DNA from: Thermoleophilia bacterium
Lineage (GTDB): Bacteria; Actinomycetota; Thermoleophilia; RBG-16-64-13
Assembly: GCA_040772905.1 (NCBI GenBank)
Contig: JAXGXJ010000005.1
Coordinates: 207,048-271,047, forward strand
DNA length: 64,000 bases
Direction: 5' to 3'
The notes beneath the pieces were generated by a model. It searched no databases and had not been told where the DNA came from. It saw only the letters and a program-made list of their open reading frames with translations. A program made the translations under genes and the position numbers. Shown piece by piece: positions 56,933-64,000 of the stretch. The first letter of the stretch is position 1, and each line of letters starts with the position of its first letter.

Positions 56933-57408
56933 CTTCGTCGGCTGCGGACCCGCGGGCGCCCTACGTCCGTCTGGCCGCAGGCGGTCTGATCGCACGGGCC
57001 GACCCTGAAGTCGCCGGGAAGCACCTCTGGCTCCTCCTGCGCCGACCCGGACCGGAGGGATGCTGGGATCCACCCGGGGGACGCCTGGAGCAAGGCGAGG
57101 ATCTGACGGAGGGCGTACGCAGGGAGGTCGCGGAGGAGACGGGCCTCTCCGTCGAGGTGGCCGGCCCCTGCTACGCTTATCTCACATTCTACAAGGGCGA
57201 ACGTCTGCTGGCCGTGAGCATGGCCTGCCGTCTGGCGGACGGGACGGATGCTCGTGAGGTGCATCTGGGGGAGGAACACGTGGCGTGGGCGTGGCGGACG
57301 GCGGAGGAGTGGGAGGCTCTGGCGGCGGAGGGCAGGAGCACGTGGACGCCGGATGATGTGCGCAAGGTCACGCGCCTGGCTGTGGAGATCTGGGAGGTGA
57401 CGTCATGA
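56929..57408 (+). CDS. NUDIX hydrolase
   Basis: PGG.LEQGE......REVAEETGL Nudix box. Confidence 0.88.
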   Translation: MTSSAADPRAPYVRLAAGGLIARADPEVAGKHLWLLLRRPGPEGCWDPPGGRLEQGEDLTEGVRREVAEETGLSVEVAGPCYAYLTFYKGERLLAVSMACRLADGTDAREVHLGEEHVAWAWRTAEEWEALAAEGRSTWTPDDVRKVTRLAVEIWEVTS

Positions 57409-57959
57409 CTCGAGACGAGGCTCTGGCCTTGGTGAAGACGAATGTGGCCGCCGACAATCTGGTGAAACACATGCTCGCCACCGAGGCGGTCATGGGAGCG
57501 CTGGCACGTCGCTTGGGCGAAGACGAGGAACGCTGGCGCCTGGCTGGCCTGCTGCACGATCTGGATGTGGAGAAGACGGCCGAGACGATGGCGGTGCATG
57601 GGCTGCGGACCGTGGAGATGCTGCGCGAGGCCGGGCTGGACGATGAGTCTGTCCTGCAGGCCATCGCCGCTCATAACCCGGCCAACGGGTCGAGTGTACA
57701 GACGCTCATGGATAGAGCGCTCTTCGCCTGCGATCCACTCACGGGGCTGGTGACCGCCGCCGCGCTCATCCGGCCGGAGAAACGTCTGGAGTTGGTGGCG
57801 CTCAAGAGTCTAAAGAAGCGTTTTCGGGAACCGTCCTTTGCGAAAGGCGCCCGCAGGGAGGACATGCTCACCTGTGCGGAACTCGGCCTGGAGTTGGACG
57901 AGTTCCTGGCCATCGGTCTGGAAGCGATGCAGGAGGTGAGTGATGAGCTCGGGCTCTGA
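57405..57959 (+). CDS. HD/HDIG-domain hydrolase
   Basis: LVKH, GLLHDLD, HG, ACD..TGL, F...A.R. Confidence 0.85.
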   Translation: MTRDEALALVKTNVAADNLVKHMLATEAVMGALARRLGEDEERWRLAGLLHDLDVEKTAETMAVHGLRTVEMLREAGLDDESVLQAIAAHNPANGSSVQTLMDRALFACDPLTGLVTAAALIRPEKRLELVALKSLKKRFREPSFAKGARREDMLTCAELGLELDEFLAIGLEAMQEVSDELGL

Positions 57960-58179
57960 TGACGGAGGCGGCCCCGTTCTGCTGGTGACCGTGTACGATC
58001 CGGTGGAGGGCGAGATCATCCTCTCCAAGCTGCGGAGCGCGGGCATCGAGGCTTGGGCGCGGCACGAGGCTGCGTCGGTGGTGTACGGGTTGACTGTGGA
58101 CGGCTTTGGACAACAAGACATCATGGTGCGAGAAGAAGACCTGGCGGTGGCACAGGCGGCGTTGGAGCCGGGGGAGTAG
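57943..58179 (+). CDS. DUF2007-like small signalling protein
   Basis: E.EII.SKL...GI.A...IMV.EED...A. Confidence 0.7.
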   Translation: MSSGSDDGGGPVLLVTVYDPVEGEIILSKLRSAGIEAWARHEAASVVYGLTVDGFGQQDIMVREEDLAVAQAALEPGE

Positions 58180-58188
58180 GCGGAAGTC

Positions 58189-59763
58189 GTGAGCGGCCGA
58201 CCCGATGCCCGATGCGCCGCTGCGTACGACCAGCGCTTTCAGCCTCTGGTGGGGCTGTGGCGTGGAGAGGCTGTGGAGTGCGTGCACCGCGGGGTGATCG
58301 CCGTCGTCGACAGCGAAGGCCGCCCCCGCGGAGGCTTCGGGGACCCTGCTACTGCCGTACCCCTGCGCTCCGCGGCGAAGCCGTTCCAGGCGGCTGCTGT
58401 AGTGCAGAGTGGGGCTGTCGACGCCTTCGGCGTCACGCTGGAGGAGCTCGCCGTGATGGCCGGCTCTCACGCCGGCCAGGCTCAACACGTGCGCGCTGTC
58501 CGCTCGCTCCTGGCGCGGGCGGAGGCGGCCGAGGACGTGCTGGTGTGCGGTCCCCCTGTCCACATGTGCTCGGGCAAGCACGCGGGGATGATCCTGCTGG
58601 CGCGACAGCTGGGCGTGCCCGTGGATGGATACGAGCAGCCGGAGCATCCTGTGCAGCAGTACATCGGCGCCTTCGTGGCCCGGCTGCTGGCAGCCCCTGC
58701 CGGTGACCGGGACAGCCTGAGCAGCCTCGTCGAGTTCGACGGCGCCGCGAGTCCCGGCAGTCCCGCACACCCCGGGAGCCCGGCGCCATCGCTCTTCGTC
58801 GGTATCGACGGGTGCGGGGTCCCTGTGCTGCGACTGAGGGCTGAGCAGGTGGCATGGCTGTTCGCACGTCTCGCCGCGGGCGCTCTCCCGGCTCTTGCGC
58901 GCGTGCGCGACGCGATGTTGGCCCACCCCGAGATGGTGGCCGGCAGGTCGCGGTTGGATACGCGCCTCATGTGCGCCGCCCCGGGCAAGGTGATAGCGAA
59001 AGGGGGCGCGGAGGGAGTGCAGGGCTTGGCGCTCAGCGTCGGGGTCGACGGCGCGGCGGTCCTGGGATGGGCCATCAAGATCGAAGATGGGTCCGGCCGC
59101 CCGCTCCCCCTGCTCATCCGCGCCTGCCTGCAGGCGGGGGGAATCGATCTTCCTCCTCATGCCCTCGAACAGACCCTGCCCCGCGACGAGTGGACCGTGC
59201 GCTCCTTGGCTCCGGCGGTGGAGCATCTGCTGGTCGATCCAGCGGCGTTGGGGACGGCGGATCCGCGAGAGCCTCAGTCGGGCGGCGAGAGACCGCCGGT
59301 CCTGTTGGATGTCGGGCGGCTCGAGCTGGTGACCGGCCACGGCGATGAGAAGGAGCTGGTCCGTTTCCTTCGCGAGGAATGGCCGCTCTCCGATGAAGAA
59401 GTGTTCGGCAGGCCCACCGAGTGGATCGCCGATCCGTTCGCACTCATCTTGAAACACAAGCGCAAGGTCTTGGGCGTGCTCAAGGGGCATTTCCTGGGGG
59501 GCTTGGCCTCCATCGACGAGTTCATCGTGGGGCACGAGTATCGCGGGCAGGGCCTTGGGGCCAAGATGCTCGCTCGCTTCGAGCAGGAGGCCCGCAGCCG
59601 TGGTTGTCGCCGTGTGGTGCTGCGGTCGGTGAAAGGAGGAAGGGCGGAGTCCTTCTATCGCCGCTACGGTTACGTGACCGAGTGTGTGCAGTTGGACTAC
59701 GAGTTCGGCGAGGATTTCATCCGGATGTCTCACCGCATCGATCGTCCTGAGAGGGAGGGTTAG
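58189..59763 (+). CDS. class 3 (Rhizobium AnsA-type) asparaginase fused to C-terminal GNAT domain
   Basis: RSAAKPFQ, SH, CSGKH, DGCG, KGGAEG; then V..EYRGQGLG, FYRRYGY. Confidence 0.8.
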   Translation: MSGRPDARCAAAYDQRFQPLVGLWRGEAVECVHRGVIAVVDSEGRPRGGFGDPATAVPLRSAAKPFQAAAVVQSGAVDAFGVTLEELAVMAGSHAGQAQHVRAVRSLLARAEAAEDVLVCGPPVHMCSGKHAGMILLARQLGVPVDGYEQPEHPVQQYIGAFVARLLAAPAGDRDSLSSLVEFDGAASPGSPAHPGSPAPSLFVGIDGCGVPVLRLRAEQVAWLFARLAAGALPALARVRDAMLAHPEMVAGRSRLDTRLMCAAPGKVIAKGGAEGVQGLALSVGVDGAAVLGWAIKIEDGSGRPLPLLIRACLQAGGIDLPPHALEQTLPRDEWTVRSLAPAVEHLLVDPAALGTADPREPQSGGERPPVLLDVGRLELVTGHGDEKELVRFLREEWPLSDEEVFGRPTEWIADPFALILKHKRKVLGVLKGHFLGGLASIDEFIVGHEYRGQGLGAKMLARFEQEARSRGCRRVVLRSVKGGRAESFYRRYGYVTECVQLDYEFGEDFIRMSHRIDRPEREG

Positions 59764-59767
59764 CGTG

Positions 59768-60748
59768 ATGGTGCAGGGTGAAGGTGCGGTGTTGGGCGTA
59801 GACGTGGGGGGCACGAAGATCGCTCTTGCGCCGGTCGATCGAATGGGGCGGATGACGGCTCCGGTGCTGACCGAGTCGAGCCGGACCGACAGTACTGAGG
59901 CCTTCCTGGCCGGCCTCGAGGCCGCGTTGCGACACGCGCTCCACACTTTCGCAGAGGTGGACGTCCGGGCCATCGGGTTGGCGTGTGCCGGTACTGTAGA
60001 CAGCGAGCACGGCATAGTGGTCACGTCTCCCAACCTGCCCCTGCGCGAGGTGCCTGTCGCCGCCCGTGTGCAGAAGGTCCTGGGTCTGCCGGTGGTGCTG
60101 GAGAACGATGCCAACGCGGCAGCCTTGGGGGAGGTCGTGTGCGGAGCCGCAGTCGGTCATCGCCACGTGGTGATGGTGACGCTGGGGACCGGCATCGGCG
60201 GCGGCCTCATACTCGACGGCCGGCCCTATCACGGGGCCGGAGGGGGTGCGGCCGAATTGGGCCACACCATCGTGTGCCGCGACGGCGAGCTCTGCGCCTG
60301 CGGGGCGCGGGGTTGCTGGGAGATGTATGCCTCGGGCAAGGCATTGGAACGCTTCGCGCGCGACAGGGCGGGCTCCAGCCGGGATGACCCCGACGGACTG
60401 CTGGCGGGCCTGCACGCGCAGGGGGCTCTCGACGGCAAAGCTGTGTCGGGCTTGGCTTCCGAGGGGCACCTCGGTGCGCTGGCTGCCGTCGCCGAGTTGG
60501 CCGGCTGGCTGGGTACCGGACTGGTGGGACTGGTGAACGCCTTCAACCCTGAGGTCGTAGTCGTCGGGGGAGGGGTCAGTCGGCTGGGAGACCTCATCCT
60601 GGAGCCGGCAGCGCGAATGGTGCGCGAGACTGCGCTGGCTCCCAACCGCGACCAGGTGCGGGTGGTGCCGGCCGCGCTGGGCAACCACGCCGGCTTGGTG
60701 GGCGGCGCGCTTGCCGCCTGGGACCGGCTCGCCGACCCCGAGGACTAG
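59768..60748 (+). CDS. ROK family sugar kinase (glucokinase-like)
   Basis: GVDVGGTK, ENDANAAA.GE, GTGIGGG, ELGH, CACG..GCWE. Confidence 0.92.
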   Translation: MVQGEGAVLGVDVGGTKIALAPVDRMGRMTAPVLTESSRTDSTEAFLAGLEAALRHALHTFAEVDVRAIGLACAGTVDSEHGIVVTSPNLPLREVPVAARVQKVLGLPVVLENDANAAALGEVVCGAAVGHRHVVMVTLGTGIGGGLILDGRPYHGAGGGAAELGHTIVCRDGELCACGARGCWEMYASGKALERFARDRAGSSRDDPDGLLAGLHAQGALDGKAVSGLASEGHLGALAAVAELAGWLGTGLVGLVNAFNPEVVVVGGGVSRLGDLILEPAARMVRETALAPNRDQVRVVPAALGNHAGLVGGALAAWDRLADPED

Positions 60749-60755
60749 AGCGGGC

Positions 60756-61676
60756 ATGCTCTACGTCTGCCCGACCCCCATCGGAAATCTGGGCGATGTG
60801 ACCCTGCGGGTGCTCGAGGTGCTGAAGAACGCCGACCTGGTGGCCTGCGAAGACACCCGTCGCACCCGCATCCTGCTCGATCGGTATGGAGTCAGCGCGC
60901 GACTGCTGAGCTTCCACGGGCACAACGAGCAGCAGCGGGTGGAGTCGCTGCTGCCCAGGTTGCGCGAGGGCGAGGATGTGGCTCTGGTCTCCGACGCGGG
61001 CATGCCCGGGCTCTCCGACCCCGGGTTCCTGCTGGTGCGGGCCTGCGCGGCCGAGGGCCTGCCGGTGACCGTGTTGCCCGGCCCGTCCGCCATCGGGACG
61101 GCGCTGGTCCTGTCGGGACTGCCCTGCGATCGTTTCGCTTTTGTGGGCTTCCTGCCCCGTGCCCGGCAGAAGCTGGTTGACACCCTGGCGCAGTTCGAGG
61201 GCACGGGTGCGGCGCTGGTGGCGTTCGAGTCGCCGCGTCGCATACGAGCTGCACTGGGGGTGGTGGCTGGGCGCTGGCCCGACCGGCGGGTGGCTGTCTG
61301 CCGGGAACTCACCAAGATCCACGAGGAGGTGGTCCGCGGCAGGGCCGCCGAAGTGGCGGCGAAGTTGGTGGAGCCGGTGCGGGGCGAGATCGTTGTGGTG
61401 CTGGAGCCGTCGGGGGCAGGGCCGGCGGCCGAAGGGGCGGCCGGCGAGGGGACGACGGACGCGCGACGACCCGCCGACGCGCGACGTGAGGGTGCCGGCT
61501 TGCCTGCGACTGCGGTGGAGGAGCGCGCGGTGCAGGCCCTCGGCGAACTCGCCCGTCTGGGGGTCAAGACCAAGAAAGCCTCCGCCATCGTGGCGTCTCT
61601 CACGGGACTGCCCGCGCGGCGTGCCTACGAGCTCGCCCTGACAGCCCGCGACGCTGACGGCGAAGACTCCGGATGA
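60756..61676 (+). CDS. rsmI: 16S rRNA (C1402) 2'-O-methyltransferase
   Basis: TPIGNLGD, CEDTR, SDAGMP..SDPG, FESP, RELTKIHEE. Confidence 0.93.
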   Translation: MLYVCPTPIGNLGDVTLRVLEVLKNADLVACEDTRRTRILLDRYGVSARLLSFHGHNEQQRVESLLPRLREGEDVALVSDAGMPGLSDPGFLLVRACAAEGLPVTVLPGPSAIGTALVLSGLPCDRFAFVGFLPRARQKLVDTLAQFEGTGAALVAFESPRRIRAALGVVAGRWPDRRVAVCRELTKIHEEVVRGRAAEVAAKLVEPVRGEIVVVLEPSGAGPAAEGAAGEGTTDARRPADARREGAGLPATAVEERAVQALGELARLGVKTKKASAIVASLTGLPARRAYELALTARDADGEDSG

Positions 61677-61931
61677 CTGGAGGCCGGTCTCTGGAGCCGG
61701 CCTCCGTTCGGTCGCGAGGGGCGCTGGGATCGAGACGATCCCGCGTCTCCGATCCCGCCGGCAGGGCCCCACACGCGCGATTACGACAGGACGTCAATGC
61801 GCCCCGGACTTCACTTGTCACTCGACCTATCGCTAGGTCGATACCGAGCCACAGGCTGGTCGGCGGGCGGGGTGAGCGGGGCCCGGCGCAGGGCCGGGAG
61901 GAGTGTGGTCATCTGTTAGAATAGCCCGGCT

Positions 61932-63515
61932 ATGGGCCGCTTCTACATCACCACACCTATCTACTATGTGAACGACGTGCCGCATATCGGGCATGCGTAC
62001 ACCACGTCGGCAGCCGACGTGGCGGCGCGCTTCCACAGGCAACTGGGCGACGACGTCTTCTTCCTCACCGGCACCGACGAGCATGGCACAAAGGTCGAGC
62101 AGGCCGCCGCTGCCCGCGGGCTGGCTCCCAAGGAGCACGTGGACGAGGTGGTGCAGAAGTTCAAGGAGGTGGCGCAGAAGGTGGGCGCCACCAACGATTT
62201 CTTCATCCGCACCACCGACCCTGAGCACGAGCGCTTCGTCCAAGAGTTGGTGCAGCGCTGCTACGACGCCGGCGACATCTACAAGAGTTCTTATTCGGGC
62301 CTCTACTGCGGGGCGTGCGAGGCTTACTACACCGAAGAGAACCTGGTGGACGGGCTCTGCCCCGACCATGGCACCGCGCCGGTGCACATGGAGGAGGAGA
62401 ACTACTTCTTCCGGCTCTCGGCCTTCCAGGACCGCCTCACCGCACTCTATCGCGGCGATCCCGACTTCGTTCGTCCGCGTCACCGCTACAACGAGGCGCT
62501 GTCGTTCATCGAGCAGGGGCTTGAGGATATCTCCATCTCTCGCGCCACGCTCAAATGGGGCATCAGCGTGCCCTGGGATCCCTCGCAGGTGATCTACGTG
62601 TGGGTGGACGCGCTCATCAACTACCTGAGCGCACTGCATTATGCTCCCGGCGAAGATCTGATGGACCGCTTCTGGCCGCCGAGCTACCACCTCATGGCCC
62701 AGGACATCCTCAAGTTCCACGGCATCATCTGGCCGGCGCTGCTCATGTCGGCCGGATATGAGCTGCCCGAGCATCTGTTCGTGCACGGCTACTTGAAGCT
62801 GGGCGGCGAGAAGATGTCGAAGACGCGGGGCAACGTCATGGATCCGTTCCCGCTCATCGAGCAGTACGGGGCCGACCCGTTCCGCTTCTACTGCCTGCGC
62901 GAGGTGAGTTTCGGGCAGGACGGCATGGTGAGCGAGGAGGGCTTCAAGTCGCGCTATAACACCGAGTTGGCCAACGAACTGGGCAACCTAGTGTCGCGGA
63001 CCACCTCCATGATCAGCAAGTACCGGGGCGGCGCCGTCCCGGCGCCGCCCGCCGGTCGCGCAGCGGCCGATTCTCCGCTGGCCGCCGAGGCCGCCGGTAT
63101 GGCTGACATCGCCCGTGGCCAACTGGAAGAGATGGAGCTCAGCAACGCCCTCGACACCATCTGGGTCTTCGTGCGCCGACTCAATCGTTATGTGGAGGAG
63201 CAGGCTCCTTGGAAGCAGGCCAAGGAGGAGGCGGCGGCTCTCGCCGCAGCTGGTGACGATCCGCAGCGTGTGGCGGCCGCCCGCGCGCCCCTCGATGGCA
63301 CCCTCTGGGATCTCGCCGAGGGCCTGCGTCTGCTCACCGTGGTCCTTCATCCCTTCATCCCGGCCACCACCGCGTCCATGCGGGTGCGGCTGGGGCTGGA
63401 GCCGGAGCCGGATGCGTCTGCCGGCCCAGCCTGGAGTGAGGCGACCTGGGGTCTGCTGCCCGCCGGCCTCGTGGTGGCGGCGGGGGCTCCGCTGTTCCCC
63501 CGCATAGAGGAGTAG
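61932..63515 (+). CDS. metG: methionine--tRNA ligase (short form, no C-terminal OB domain)
   Basis: TTPIYY, HIGH, TGTDEHG, YVWVDAL, KMSK, LFPRIE. Confidence 0.95.
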   Translation: MGRFYITTPIYYVNDVPHIGHAYTTSAADVAARFHRQLGDDVFFLTGTDEHGTKVEQAAAARGLAPKEHVDEVVQKFKEVAQKVGATNDFFIRTTDPEHERFVQELVQRCYDAGDIYKSSYSGLYCGACEAYYTEENLVDGLCPDHGTAPVHMEEENYFFRLSAFQDRLTALYRGDPDFVRPRHRYNEALSFIEQGLEDISISRATLKWGISVPWDPSQVIYVWVDALINYLSALHYAPGEDLMDRFWPPSYHLMAQDILKFHGIIWPALLMSAGYELPEHLFVHGYLKLGGEKMSKTRGNVMDPFPLIEQYGADPFRFYCLREVSFGQDGMVSEEGFKSRYNTELANELGNLVSRTTSMISKYRGGAVPAPPAGRAAADSPLAAEAAGMADIARGQLEEMELSNALDTIWVFVRRLNRYVEEQAPWKQAKEEAAALAAAGDDPQRVAAARAPLDGTLWDLAEGLRLLTVVLHPFIPATTASMRVRLGLEPEPDASAGPAWSEATWGLLPAGLVVAAGAPLFPRIEE

Positions 63516-63570
63516 AGCGCGACCGGGCAGCCTTGTGGCGGCCGCCAGGACTGGGCTCCCATACTGCACA

Positions 63571-64000
63571 GTGTTCATCGACTCGCACACCCATCTGGAC
63601 CACACTGACACCGACCCGGCCGACCTGGTGTCCGACGCGACGGCTGCGGGAGTGGGGCTGATCATCCAATCGGGCACCGACCTTGAGTCGTCCCGGTATG
63701 CTCTCTCTCTTGCCGAGCGCTTCCCTCAGGTCTACTGCACCGTGGGCATCCATCCCCAGGAGGCCGGATCGATGCAGGAGAGCGATGTCGCTTCCTTGGC
63801 GCGGCTTGTTCTCGAGCCCCGCGTGGTGGGCGTGGGGGAGACAGGCTTCGACTTCTATCACGACAAGTGGCCCCATGACCTGCAGGAGCGGGTGTTCGTA
63901 CGTCAGCTCGACCTCGCCCGGGAGGCGGATCTGCCCGTTGTCATCCACACACGCGACGCCGCTGCGAGGACGCTCGAGGTGCTTGCCCGGCACGGCGAGG
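63571..64000 (+). CDS. tatD: TatD family nuclease (3'-truncated by window edge)
   Basis: IDSHTHL, GIHP, GETGFD, IH.RDA; follows metG as is common. Confidence 0.9.
   Translation, partial: MFIDSHTHLDHTDTDPADLVSDATAAGVGLIIQSGTDLESSRYALSLAERFPQVYCTVGIHPQEAGSMQESDVASLARLVLEPRVVGVGETGFDFYHDKWPHDLQERVFVRQLDLAREADLPVVIHTRDAAARTLEVLARHGE

Noticed and set aside
57868-60114. Long antisense or alternative-frame ORFs (also 11999-13882, 26102-27613, 55583-57073, 5' part of 22032-24314)
   Set aside because: Shadow ORFs of real genes caused by high GC; no family motifs
61677-61910. T-box or SAM riboswitch upstream of metG
   Set aside because: Several hairpins but no T-box or SAM consensus seen; a -10 element lies right next to the start

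Overview
High-GC bacterial chromosome segment, mostly ordinary metabolic and housekeeping genes. Gene style (Tat lipoproteins with Thr-rich linkers, a Gram-positive-type LexA box, leaderless-looking starts, anaerobic ferredoxin enzymes) suggests an anaerobic actinobacterium such as Thermoleophilia; this is inference. Accessory features at the left end: (i) a complete IS256-family element (2260-3637, 28-bp imperfect IRs, 8-bp TSD CTACGGAT) splitting a zinc-ribbon/CD225 gene; (ii) tRNA-Ser(TGA) followed by a 2.2-kb integrase-less islet with two toxin-antitoxin-type pairs, closed by a 45/48 copy of the tRNA 3' half. The best candidate for an undescribed system is 26.2-34.2 kb: a thiolase-fold protein with Gly at the nucleophilic Cys position plus a DUF35 partner, a Thr/Ser dehydratase, a MaoC hydratase, a four-subunit 2-oxoacid:ferredoxin oxidoreductase and an acyl-CoA dehydrogenase. 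I infer a non-oxidative (retro-aldol) route for amino-acid-derived acyl-CoAs. Also notable: a tandem operator-like repeat over the promoter of a DUF2239 gene, a bacterial GTDC1/QTMAN-like glycosyltransferase, a Rieske-like mini-ORF lacking its cluster core, a repeated covarying hairpin, an asparaginase II-GNAT fusion and an orphan lsrF cluster. Two G/C homopolymer tracts and several apparent +1 frameshifts may be assembly artefacts. No CRISPR array or rRNA was seen. All family assignments come from motif recognition by eye; no database searches were run.
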